A stretch of DNA of 61,239 nucleotides, counting the filler, from Porpidia crustulata (lineage: Eukaryota), in assembly GCA_964255105.1 (NCBI GenBank). It is 10 parts of 10 records of this genome, joined end to end, with 100 filler letters (N's around TTAATTAATTAA, not from the genome) between each part and the next. Parts side by side here need not be neighbours in the genome. Positions count along the whole stretch, not along the records: positions 24,580 to 30,612 come from CAXUWE010001648.1; positions 30,713 to 36,744 come from CAXUWE010001649.1; 8 more parts are not named here. One strand, written 5' to 3'. Made by a program: the position numbers and the translations under genes. Position 1 is the first letter of the stretch. Every line of letters starts with the position of its first letter. This document shows positions 24,580-36,844 of the stretch, in pieces. The notes beneath the pieces are model-generated. The model searched no databases. It was not told where the DNA came from and worked only from the letters and a program-made list of their open reading frames with translations.

Positions 24580-25441
24580 CCCCCAACTTCTCCCCAAACT
24601 CCAACAACCTCCCTCCTTCCACATGGAAAACCCTCAACTTCTCCTCCTCGCCCCCGCCCCGATTATTCAGATTCTGCACCTGCAGCCCTTTGGCCGCCGC
24701 ATCGAGCATCCGCCCCACGCTCCACTCCTTGTTGAACCAGAACTCCCCGCTGGGCAGTTTGCTCGTCGTCGTGTTGGCCTCGGCTTCCACGTGCAGGTAC
24801 ATGCGCTTCTCCGCGGGGACTTTCTCGTCGCCTTTGGCGGTCCGTTTGAGGGCGTTGAGCGCAACGACGCGGCTGGCTGCGGTGGAGGGTTTCGGTTTCG
24901 GCAGCACGGCGGCTTGTTTTTCCTTGCCCCAGACGCGGAGGCGGCCGAGCGCGTCTTTGACTTGCGTTAGGTTTTGCTTTCGGGTGGAAGAGGGTCGGGC
25001 GCCGAGTGGGATGAGGGTGGCACAGGAGTGCTCTTCGCGTAAGCGGTGCTTGAGGCAGTATTCCCGGTTGCAGGTGGGGCAGTGGACGCCGACGGAGGTG
25101 AGGGTGTTGACGTAGGTTTTGCAGGTGGGGGAAGAGCATTGCTGGCCGGTGAGGGGCGTTGGTTTTTGGCTTTGGGTATTTGTGGAGTAAGTGCTGAGAG
25201 CTTTCCGTCTTGCGGCAGCGTATTCGTCGGCGCGAGAGCAGTCATGGGCGGTTTCGGTGCGGTGGTCAAGGCAGAATGTGCCTTTACATGATTCGCAGCG
25301 GAAGGGGAGGAAATCGAGCTGGTGGCAGTAAGCGTATTGGCAGAGCGCACCGATGTCTTCAACGTCTTTATCTTTTTGGTTGATGTCCATTTTGGTGAAG
25401 GTCTGAAGTTCGGGCGGAGGGGGGGTGGATGAGGAAGCCAT
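24580..25441 (-). CDS. CUZ1: AN1-type zinc finger protein (Cuz1/ZFAND1-like), 3' end cut at contig end
   Basis: DIGALCQYAYCHQLDFLPFRCESCKGTFCLDHRTETAHDC, a second AN1 finger (CPTCNREYCLKHRLREEHSC) and a ubiquitin-like C-terminal part (WSVGRMLDAAA). Confidence 0.9.
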
Positions 25442-25798
25442 CTTGACGGTATTTAGGCTACACAGCGACTATGCCTTTATTTCAAATGAGCTTTGTCACA
25501 GTTGACCTTTGGTATATGAAGAATGGCCTTTGCTCGAGCAGCCACCCCCGCCGCTTAGGCAGCTTGTACTCGTCAGCGAAGGTGGATTTAGTAAGACGAT
25601 GAGGCTGAATTTCGAGAACAGTCTTTAGGTATGACAGCCCGCTAGATTGCGGGATCTAAAGCAGGGTATGTCTCGCTAGTGATACTAGATTGATTCAGGG
25701 CTGCCCAGTTCTTCGGTATCTTAACAGAACTGTGTTGCAACAATCATCTCTTGAAATTCCCTCAGCAGCTTGGAAATCTGATAGATATTGAGGCAAGG

Positions 25799-27015
25799 AT
25801 GAAGCAAGTGAATTGTAGCGGTACTCCCTACGAGGTCAGCCATAGTAACAACCATCTTAAACAAAAGCTAAAAGTCGGTTCTATTCAGATAGGTTTACAA
25901 CATGGCCAGATCGCAGAAGCCGAGATCAGGCGCGCATTGACTTTTTACAAAAGATTGTTCGAGACAACTGCCAAGATGCAATGGAGCGATGTGCTCAAAA
26001 CAGCCGACCAGTTCACCGAGTATCTTCGCCAAGATTGGCCTGCTTTTTATGAGGAGATCAAGGGTATGCTTATGGAGTGTGCTACCCTACGTTGATATTG
26101 AGTCTCTATTGTTCATTTAGTAGCGCTCCTCTTACAACACAGTATTTGTTGACTGGATTTCACTTGACGTTATGCCTAGGCATATCTGATGGTTCCCATG
26201 TACCTATTCGCTCAATCTTGGCCCTGAACGTGCGGACTGAAATTGCTTACGGTATGTTTGACGATGGCTGTACTGTCATATCTTGGAAGGCAAAAAACAC
26301 AAATTATCTGGGACAGAATTGGGATTGGCAACAAGAGCAAAAGGAGAATCTAATAGATCTCCGTATTCGCCAGTCGGGAAAGCCTATGATTGAAATGATT
26401 AGTGAAGCTGGAATTATCGGGAAGATCGGACTCAACTCTGCGGGTGTCGGAGTATGCCTGAACGCTATCAGGGCTAAGGGGGTCGATTTTGGAAAATTAC
26501 CATGTCATTTGGCACTGAGAGCATGTCTTGAAAGCTCGTCCAGAGAGGAGGCTGTAAACGTGCTGCAAAAGGCTGGAGTGGCAAGCGCAGGCCATATCAC
26601 AATTGCCGATCCCAGTGGAGGAATTGGACTGGAATGCAGTCATGCTGATATTGTCGCGCTGCCTATGCCCCCCAATGGTATCCTTACGCATACGAATCAT
26701 TTTATTAAACAGCATCCTGGTGTCGAGGAAAAGCTGGAATGGCAAGATTCCCTTCTAAGACTTACGCGCATTGGGAAGCTCATGGAAAATATTGATCCTT
26801 CGCTCGATAAACTTTCCTTCTTCCTGAAAGACGAAGACGGTCTGCCGACTGCTATTTGTAGAGATCAGACGCATGACAGCACTGTGGCCACCCTTTTTAG
26901 TATCAGGATGGACTTGAAAAAGCGCATTGCAGAGGTTATCGTAGGACGGCCGACCAAGCCCGAAGAACACTTGAGGTTTTCACTAGAGCCGAATCAAGGG
27001 AACGGAATAGCATAA
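25799..27015 (+). CDS. Peptidase C45 / acyl-CoA:6-APA acyltransferase-like Ntn hydrolase (IAT-like)
   Basis: GTPYE|IGLQHG, LNVRTEIAYGMFDDG/CT autocleavage site (Gly-Cys at 26266-26271), GQNWDW, GKIGLNSAGVGVCLNA and HTNHF; introns 25835-25888 and 26064-26179. Confidence 0.92.
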
Positions 27016-27207
27016 TATTTTTCAAGATGTAGATAGGAACTTCCGTAAATGCTCAGACAAGAGCACCGTTTGTCTTTAGGCCCTCTCCTGCCATACACAA
27101 CGACTTGACTCTCTTTCGATGGAAGCGAGACATCTTATCTTCAGAGTCACATCCATGACCACATCTTCGCTGTAGTGTAATTCAATCCCAGCAGGTCGGC
27201 CTATCGA

Positions 27208-27593
27208 CTAATGTTTCACCTTTTGCTCATCCGCATTCGCATTCATGAATTCCCTAAATGTCTGTATCAATTTCCAATGACTGCCAATCGCTTGAACTTC
27301 GTGTACGAGAGCCACGTACTGGATGAACTGCTCCTCGTCTTTGCTCGCAGCATTGATAGGTGGCCCCTTTTCCTTCTTCTTCTCTTTTCCTCCTAGGGCC
27401 AAGGTAGCACCAGCGAATGTTGTGCCCAGAGTAGCCATAGCCAGCTATGACGCAGCAAAACGTCAGCACTGGAGATCCAACTTTTATGACCTTCGGTTCG
27501 GTCGAGGGGGGTTTTCATCAAAGGATTTGATTATGGTAAGCTTACGACGTGCGAGCCGACCTGGCGCCCGAAGATAGTATACATGGCAACCAT
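27208..27593 (-). CDS. ATP19: Mitochondrial ATP synthase subunit k
   Basis: MVAMYTIFGRQVGSHV|LAMATLG...PPINAASKDEEQFI|QEFM; two introns. Confidence 0.9.
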
Positions 27594-27893
27594 GATGATT
27601 GGAGAAGGTTGGGGGGGATGGAAAGGGAGGTTCGTGATATGGGTATGTCGATCCGGGGGTTCGTAGCGCGATTGAACAATTACAATTGCGAATATGGCTT
27701 TGGAGCTATGGGCAAGTGCGCTAGTCGAAGCGGAGCGGAGCGGAGGGAAACTTCATCGCTATCCATCTTCCTCGTGCATTGGTCCCCCTCCTGTTATCCG
27801 ACGCAGACCTCATGGAGCCTTGAAACAGTAACAACGACTTGAATCTCTTCGAAAAGTTACTTGTAGCTCCTTTTTCACGTCGAGTCTTTCTCC

Positions 27894-28956
27894 ATGTCCG
27901 GCAAAAATGACTCCAATGAGACTACACAGAAAAGACCCAAACCAAACTTTTCACGTGAAAAGTTACCCGGCGACCTTCAAAAACTGGTAGACGATGACGA
28001 GACTCTCTTGGACCAGATATATGATGGATCGTGAGTTGATGAGCTGTCGATTCATTCAAAACCCATGTTTAACTCCCACCAGGGCCAACGAGTCAACGGA
28101 ATCAAATATTCGATACGCCGCATACGCAACTCGACTAAGAACCATCCTACTCAGCGCCCACCGCTATGTCCGCCTCCCGATGCCGTCCAGCTCATGTTCC
28201 AACTCACACATTAACCCATGATCCAGGTAGCTTATACCTCCGATATTGGTGAATCATTCCGGCCTGTCGCACATCCATGGCTCATCAGAGGAGCATACGG
28301 TATCTCATGGGCGTATCTGGTCGGAGATGTCGGGCATGAAGGCTATAAGGCATATTTGCGAAATCAGCGAGTTTTACATCCAGGTACCCCTGGCGTGACA
28401 GCCATGGCTGCGACCGATGCTCGAAATCAGAAAACGCCACTATCAGGGCCAGGCCATACTGGTGAAGAACCTGGTCACGTCCCTGCTATTGAAGATTTTA
28501 GAAGTGTAATGGTGCAGAGGGCGATTTTCCAAAGCGTGGCGAGCATGGGCTTGCCGGCTTTCACAATACACAGCATTGTCAGATATTCAGGCAGGGCATT
28601 AAAAGATGCAAAGAACCGGACCATCAGGACGTATGGGCCGATAGGTGTAAGTACTCTCTTGTTTTTATACAGTCACCGTGCAATCGCCACCTCGATATGT
28701 CGAATAGATAGTCGTCTGGTCGAAACTTTTTGAATGATCATTACGCTAAGGTTCATAATAGCTTGGCCTAGCAGCGGTACCATTTTTACCCTTTGCGTTT
28801 GACAAACCCGTCGAAAGTGCGGTAGAGTGGACTTTCCACAAGGCCTTCGAGACCTTTGGAGGACTTGATGCGGTGGGACACCGCCCCGAAAGCGGCAGGG
28901 AACTGGCTCTGCAAGTAGAAAATCACACTGGCGTCCCGAAAGAGAAGGAGCTGTAA
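27894..28956 (+). CDS. MTP18: Mitochondrial fission process protein 1 (MTP18 family)
   Basis: IRYAAYATRLRTILLSAHRY|VAYTSDIGESFRPVAHP, FQSVASMGLPAFTIH and GLAAVPFLPFAFDKPVE; three introns; stop TAA at 28954-28956. Confidence 0.9.
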
Positions 28957-29365
28957 GAAAAGTAGCCTCTACGATGATTATGCAAAGCCTATGCCATTGG
29001 TTTTCTTTTTAAAGGAGAAAGGACGTCACAAACAACACCCCTCAGCAATCTCCGACTTTCTACTCAATGTATATATTCACAACTCTGATTATCTCACCTG
29101 ACTAGGCATCACGAACTGCTGACGCAAAGTAGGGCAGTGAATTGCAAATGATTACATGTGTCTTACTATGCTTAGCACCCACCATTTCATCACCTATACA
29201 AAAGTACAAGACTAAAAATTATTCTATTACTCTTCCTCACGATCAAGTAAAGCATTCGGGCTCTTGATTCGTTTCAGAAGAGGTTAAATCTGGCGGCTGG
29301 CCAGGCCAGTGACTCCTGCGTTAGATCTCTATCACAGGAAAGGACCGAGGGATTCTGAATTACAC

Positions 29366-30113
29366 ATGACTGTCGCCACCCCAGAATCTATGTTCATAGG
29401 CTTGCCCTTGGAAGTACGCATTCGTATCTACGAATTGATTCTCATCGAAGGACAAAATGATCCAATTTTCTGCAAATGGGGGACTGTTGGTGTATATTAT
29501 ACCGACGCGGCGAGATCTAGTACTTATTTCTTAGACCAAGCTCCGTTGCAAGGCTCTAGAGAATGTCCAGAGAGCGACGATCGCATGCGAGTACCACCCG
29601 GCATTGCCAGTCTCACTTGCCTGGCACTTGATAAGCAGATTTACGGNNNNNNNNNNNNNNNNNNNNNNNNNNNNNNNNNNNNNNACATTCCTCTTCGGTA
29701 GCGTACAAACAGTTTGGTTACTACAGCGTCCGCACATACTCAATCGCCTCCGCAGCATCGAAATCGAAGACGACTATCACCGCCTCGGGTCACTCAATCC
29801 CGACGGCGCATTGACAATTCTGTCCGGAGCCGAAAAGCTGAAGAAGATCGTCATAGGCACCAATCCTTCACGCCCGATTTACTACAGATGCTATCACGAA
29901 CAGACCCCACGCATAGTAGAACGCATGATCATCCAAGCCAAATCACCATATCCGGAAGTTGCGCAGCTGTTCGACCGCTACCCGGACCGCCACACCGTGC
30001 AGCTTCCAGAGTGGCCCAGGGTCTACTTCGTCCATTTCGCACGACGCAATGGAGCCGAGCACGAAGAGAAGGTGAAGAAGAAGGCCCAGAGGCAGGCTCG
30101 GGTTGAAGCTTAG
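29366..30113 (+). CDS. Hypothetical protein with N-terminal F-box-like motif, interrupted by a 38-N gap
   Basis: FIGLPLEVRIRIYELIL and LALDKQIY before the gap (29647-29684); open frame after it (LRSIEIED..LKKIVI) to TAG at 30111-30113. Confidence 0.6.
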
Positions 30114-30612
30114 CAAATGGCTCGAATCCGGCAACGCCTTGCGATGACCCGCATGGTCCTTGTCAATATCCAAGAAAAGATCGAAAAGGTGAACGAGCTA
30201 ACCACAGTTTGACCATCACCATTTGAAGCTCAGAGGATCCCGGTGCCAGGATTTTCAACACAAGACGAAGCTCTCCTTTCATGTAATTGAGCTTGGAACG
30301 TGCCGAAAATCGAAAGGAATCGGAACAGAAGGGAGCGAAAGAGGCGATGGCGGTCTTTGACATGTCTGCGGTATTTTTTAATTTTACAAGTCTGCGAGAA
30401 TAGTTTGATTGTCATTTTAACGTACGTGAATGCTCGTGAAGGTCTTAATTTTTGGAATCCCATATAACTCCGATGTAAATTGTTCGGCTCCCTCTCTGGT
30501 TCTTTCTTTCTCTCGCTCTTCTCCCTTTCTCTCTTTCGCTCTCGAATTTCCCACTCACTCCACACCCTCATCCTAACCTAACGCCCATCACCAACCCCCC
30601 ATCGCCCGCTTC

Positions 30613-30712
30613 NNNNNNNNNNNNNNNNNNNNNNNNNNNNNNNNNNNNNNNNNNNNTTAATTAATTAANNNNNNNNNNNNNNNNNNNNNNNNNNNNNNNN
30701 NNNNNNNNNNNN
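30613..30712. other. Artificial contig linker
   Basis: 44 N + TTAATTAATTAA + 44 N. Confidence 0.99.
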
Positions 30713-33700
30713 CTTGCCCCCTTCCCATTTCACTTCCCTCCCCCTCTCCCATCTCATCAATCTCATCAATCACGCAAACACGATATCATTCTCATTGCGT
30801 TTGCAATCGAAATCAACTAGTCTTGATTGCGTGGGGAGATGTGGAGGAAGGGGTGAGAGATGGAGGAGGGATGGAGATGGAGGAAGGTGTGGAGGAGAGA
30901 GGAGTAATGGAGCTAAGAGATTCGCGATCCACCTGTCTACTACACGGTATGATTTCACATCCCTAATCCCCAGTCCCTGACCCCCACTCATCGGTATGGA
31001 CGCTTCAGCAACAAAGGAAGCTTGGGGCCACGAGTCCCGCGCATGACTTTATATCAATTCAAACGCTTTCAGACCTCTCAAAGTAGATCTGTGCTGTTCG
31101 AGAGGTGTGCGGTGCCAGCGGTTTGCTGTGGTATAAGTGTATATCATGAATTTGAGAGGGAAAGTCTGGATCCGCTGTCTACGCGAGAGCGACGAGGATC
31201 CAGGACGTGCGCCTTCAGGCATTCGTGAGGAAAGTCGGTGTGTGGTAGCTAGGCATCGTTCAGTGTCAACCGAGTGCGTGTGAATAAAGGACGAGAGTTG
31301 AATGCTTCGTTCATACAGTAGCATTGTTGGTCTGAGAATTTCTGACCAGGAGCACAGCTCTGCGTGGTGAAGTTGAAGCGATGGTCTTGTGATCTCGAGC
31401 AATGAAAGTGTAAGATGGATAAGGAATGTACTGAAATGCAATGTCACTATTCGCTGGAAGAGAAAGATAAGGCAAGCTGCGAAATTTGGCAGAGAGGGAT
31501 GGAATATTTTCTCGGGAGAAGATGGAAATTCCACTATTGGTACGATGAGTGGCATTCCTGGAAGTCTGCTTCGGGTGAAGAACCAGATTTATTTCGCAAC
31601 TGTAGGCTGCATCATCTGTTTCCATGCTAATGTGACTCGAGAAGCTCACGGTCCGAGGAGAGTGCAAGGCTTCCTTGTACTACGTTCCATGGCTATGTAC
31701 GATGGAGAATAATCGAGTAAATGGTCGACTGCTCCACAAAGCAACAAGAATCCATAGCCACGAGCAGATAGTCAACCATGAACACTTTGCCATGTTGGGA
31801 TCACTTCGAGTACCTTTGGGCAAGCCTAGTATAATCCACTGGGTGGTGAGTACCGAACGTAGATGCAGCGTCTCAAGCCGTGCTGAGTAATTATTCAGGC
31901 ATTTGTAGAAGCCTCACATGCTGCTTCGAACCGAGATAGCAGTCAGATCAGTCCACCAAGGTTGATCCTGCACCAGAGACCCATCTGTTTCAAGACAGAT
32001 TCGATACAATGAATCATGTCCTTGGCGGGCGATGGAGCTTGAGCAGGTTTCTCCACAAAGACCCTGGCCTATGTGATGAATTGGGAAGCCGGGAGGGAAC
32101 GGTCAAATGGTGATGTGATTTGGGCTGGAAAGTAGAAGTAGGATAAATGTGGAACAGATCTGACTCGGCTTGTAATTTTGAGTAATAACGTACGGAGTAA
32201 AGAGACTTTGCGCTTCTCAGAGAGGAGACCCCTTTTTCTTGTCGCCTAACCCAGTCCGGAAAGGGCCGGGCGAAAGGTCGGCTAACCTTACTGACTCGCC
32301 CTCCGCACTCTGCACCCGAAAGATTCGAAACTCAAACAATCCTGACAAGCCAGAAGAACTAGGGACAGGAAATTTGATATCAAATTGGGTGCTCATATGG
32401 TTTCGTAATGGTTTGATCGCGTCCTGGAGCCTGTACGCCTTAGGATGACTCGGAAATAGAATGCTGGCCAAGAACGATCGGGATGAGGTTTAGGATCAGA
32501 CCTGCTCCTTGGGGTCGGCCAAACTGACAATCCAACGACGGTGGTGTCACACGTAAGCGAGGCAGCCTGGAAGCTTGAAAGCTTGCAAGCTTGGTCGATT
32601 GTCGTCTGTTGATCGCGAAGAGCGCAGCTTCCGTATCAAATCTTCGTTTAGGCTACACAGGATGGAGGTTGTTTCCCGAAGACAACTGGTCTAAGCGATG
32701 GAATGGAAACGTTATGTGCGTGAGGGGCGAAAGCGCATCAAACAGGATTCTGCCGGCCGGTGCATACATGTATGAGCAACGAGGCTGAGACCGTGTCGCG
32801 ATGTAGTCAGTGACACGTAAGATCCGAGCAACAATCCCAAATCCGTGGGGGCGTTAATGTGAAAAATACCTCTACCTATCGAGTACTTTACCACGTAACA
32901 TAGAGCAGTACAAGATGGCACGGTGGTAATCGCGCACGTACGCATGACTGTCGGCTGAGTAGAGCATCAATGTTTCTATTGTCGTTCCTGTGACTTTGGA
33001 ACGGCTCGGATAAGACAGACAGTCGGCCTGGGACTGCGAGGCTGGCACTTGCAGGCAATCATGAAACCTTTGTCATGATGGCTGAAGTAGTTGTGTATCT
33101 AAAATTCAATATGCACAATGCAGGATGGGATGGCCTAGTCGGTAGCTACCTCTATTGGAACCAGTTCCATCTGACCGATCATCTCTGTTCCAAATGGCGG
33201 CGCGCGGCAAAGATCAAGTAGCTGAGGCCATCGGTGTGTTGGTTAGCGATGGGGTCCATGTTCGTCTACGTCTCGTTCAAATCAGATCGAGCATCGGCAT
33301 GGTAACGGCCGTGGAACGCGAGACTGGATGGTTCCACTGTTGCATGCGTTTGAAAGTGACTCGGCTTGTGCAGAGTGTAAGTGCGTCGCCAGGTGTTGAT
33401 AATTGGGTAGATGTAGCAGTCATGACGGGGGTCTCTCGGGTTCACAAGCTTCCACTAGAGTCGAGGATATGAGGCATCGGTTTGAACAACACAAAAAGCA
33501 ACATTGGAAGATATGCACATCGACCTAGTGGTACCTTAATAATAACGTTGCTTTCATGGAAGCACCTATCAGAAAACATCCGAGCCTCGAGGATTTCCTC
33601 CAACCAATTCTTGTTCGATGAAAGTTGTGTATCTGTCTGTGGTGCAAAAGGTGTCTGATCATTGCCAATTTGCCTCCAGCTTGCATCCCTCTCGTGTGGC

Positions 33701-36677
33701 GTCTTGCCAATCTTGAAGTGAGAGGAAGCTAACGGCAGACATCGCTCGGTCATTCCTAAGTTTTGGCTGACATAATAAATCGCCGCTGTCAAGACGCGTT
33801 TGATTCGAATCAAGCAATTGTGGCCATTTGACCCTTTCGGCGTCCAAAAGCTCAAGTGGATCATGTTTGCAACCCTCAATTTCGAGTCCGCCCCAAGCGG
33901 AGACTTCACTCATGGTTCAGGCTGTCCGCAATAATCAACTCTGAATATGTAAAATCTATTACAAAAAACAACGCCAGTCGGATTGTATCGAAAGGTGTCG
34001 GAATGGTAATTAAATGGGCACGAGAAGCTAGTCTTCTACATTAATATGCTTACCTCTCACTCATCACCATCATTCCCAATCTACACCCTAAAATTGTTCA
34101 TACTTCGAATTAGACAATATCTACTCTTTGTTATTGACATAGGCTAAAACAGCCTTTGCTCATTGTGGCGCTAGGAGCGGAAGCGAAAAGAATGGGTTGG
34201 AGTCATGTCTTATTCGACTTTGATACGATCTGCCAATTTCTAAGGCGTGAAGTGACGACCACCGAGTGGATCAGCGGACAACCGCCTCACGGCCTAGTCA
34301 AACCCAGAAACCGATAAAATCGTTAATCAAACGAGCCACTTGCATCACGAGAAGAGACGGAGGACTCGCACCGCATCGCATCGCTGCCCTCCAGGCACGA
34401 TTTGCCGGCTCCGCATGAAGGACTAGACATCTTGAATAGTAAGCAGCACGGAAATCAACACCGGTGGTACCAAAAGTCATTGCACTGTTTAATATGGATG
34501 TCCCGTCGACGTAGTGTAATAACTTACGACACCCGCTGTGCACCACAACGGCAATGGCAATGGAATACGTAGACAGCAGTTAGGTATACACTTTGCTCAT
34601 AGTACCCGATACCGCATATACGTGACATACGAAGGCACGCAGGATGCCATTTGCGTGGTTTATGCCTATCCAGATTGATTGCAGCCTTCGGGCACTTCGG
34701 GCGCTACTTTTGGATTCTGGCTTCTGATTGCGACGGCATGAGCATCAGCATCTGCCAGCTGATCTAGGATCACCATCAAATATTGCCCGATTGCTGGAGT
34801 TGGCGACCCGCAAACACGAACCACCTTTGCTAGGACGGTGTGTCATCGTGGCCTCTAATCTTTCACCTCCCCACTCCCCATTCCGCACCTCTTTTGAAGT
34901 CTTGCACCAGCGAAGCGATTTGCTGTGGCCTAGACTGGAACTGTGTACGGGCGTCTGCTTTTCTGTTAGGCACTGCCGCCGAAACGTCCTACCTTCCTTG
35001 CAGTTGCTGCTCCGGTTAGTTCGCATGCAGCGTGGCCGTTCTTTGGATCCGTTTGGCATAATGGTCAAAGTTGTCATACAAGAAAAGATGGCACCTCGCA
35101 GGAGGGCAACGACGCCTGCTGATCGACCTAGTAATCAAGCGAATCAGATTGGTATTCACGGCCAAGCGTGACCGCGGAGCCTGTACAGCAACGAAGTTAC
35201 CGCACAACAACAATGCCGACCACTACGACCTATGAAACAAGTCAGCGGCCATCCATCGTTCCGTCTCTAATTCCATCCATCTTTGACTGCATATAACACT
35301 AATTCTTCCCACGACACTTATAATCCACCCTGTAGACTTTTCGAATGCTTTCACCGTGGCGCATAATCGGGTTTTCGGCGTGGCATGCGCTGCGTCAGGA
35401 AGATTGCGAATTTGCCATCATCCGGGATGTAGCTGGATTCGTGTACCAGCATTCGGAAACGATATGACAATGCGTAGACCATGGAGCATCGGTTTTGCTT
35501 TAGCTCCAATCTGTAATGATGCTCCGTACAAACGGTGTGACAAGACCTTACGCCGGTAGCTACAGCGCTGATGGCTTGCGGCAAGACTGGGTCCGGTTTA
35601 ATAAAGGTCGGCGGCATCAAGGTCGGAGAGCAAGATTTGATCACCATCTCACCAATTTGGTGATTTGATCTTTGGGTGGGGTTAATCCAACAAAGCCAAC
35701 AAGTGCCCAGGACGGCGCGAGGCAAGGATATCTATTGGCTGTTTTCGGGATTGAGGAGCACTGGAGCAGCGACGAGTACACGCACGCACGCACAATCTAG
35801 TTTCTTCCCGGGGGGGATATAGTTAACTTTGGCAGCCTGCAAGATTTTAGTCGAAGCCACAGCCTCTCATTCCTTTCATCAGTCATCAGTCATCCCTCAC
35901 CTTACCAAATCACCCATCACGCACGGCAACGATCTGGATCTTCTGCTTGCATATTCGTGTGCCCCCTTCCATCCACCTTGCCGACAATTATTTCATTTGA
36001 CAAACAGGAGGGTCTTGTTTAGGAGACATGGTATCAAGATTCGGCATTGAGTACTGAAATGTATATGTAAAGATCCTAGCGATCTCCATCATATTCTAGC
36101 GGAGCGACAACAGATTAAGTGTGTAATATATTCTCGGTTGATCAATACGGTGGTCAAGGATACGGTATTGAAAGATACACACGGAATGATGTGCTGATAA
36201 ATCCGACACGGACATTCACCAATTTGCCTAGGCATGACCTTACGTTACCTTCCTCATCAACAAGAACAATTGATAGGATAGTCAAGTTGACTCTGTTGTG
36301 CCATTTGCCCCAGTCAGTCTTGCCTCTTTCGAACCAGCCGACCCCCACCCGACCTTTCCTTAAGACTTGGCTACTTGTCACCTTGAATCGGATATCTCAA
36401 CTATAATCCCTGGCCAATCGAGACCGTGGACATCCGTTAGCCTAAATAATTGCCCCCTTCCCCTCGCAGCGTAGTGATGAGAACAATGAACCGCTTATGA
36501 AGTTGTTGGCGGCGGCAGTAAAAGAGCCAGAAACCACCGGAATTTAAGCCTGAAGCAGTAACACTAAGACACTAACACACCAAGCCCCTTTTGCTCTCTG
36601 ACGGTGCTAAGGTAGTGTTTCCTTAGTTCGTAAGAAAGGAAACCCCGTAAATCATACTGACCCATGCCACCGTACAG

Positions 36678-36744
36678 ATGATGATTACTTTTGCTTTACA
36701 CACCATGGCTCCGCTTTCATATGATCCATCACACTCTTCACACC
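36678..36744 (+). CDS. Possible start of an unidentified gene cut at contig end
   Basis: Follows an intron-like GTAAGA..ACTGAC..ACAG (36630-36677); open frame MMITFALHTMAPLSYDPSHSSH with a CACCATGG context at 36705. Confidence 0.35.
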
Positions 36745-36844
36745 NNNNNNNNNNNNNNNNNNNNNNNNNNNNNNNNNNNNNNNNNNNNTTAATTAATTAA
36801 NNNNNNNNNNNNNNNNNNNNNNNNNNNNNNNNNNNNNNNNNNNN
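36745..36844. other. Artificial contig linker
   Basis: 44 N + TTAATTAATTAA + 44 N. Confidence 0.99.

Noticed and set aside
8569..27015. Apparent secondary-metabolite cluster (P450, MBL hydrolase, MFS, C45 acyltransferase)
   Set aside because: The genes are on four different contigs ordered only by length, and no backbone enzyme is present.
32230..32345. GAAA-loop hairpin-like segment with CCTAACCC (ribozyme, group I intron or telomerase RNA)
   Set aside because: Stems are only 2-4 bp; no hammerhead CUGANGA core or group I core could be built; the 8-mer is expected by chance.
33233..33297. tRNA-like sequence with GTTCAAATC
   Set aside because: Acceptor and T stems do not pair properly and there is no anticodon arm.
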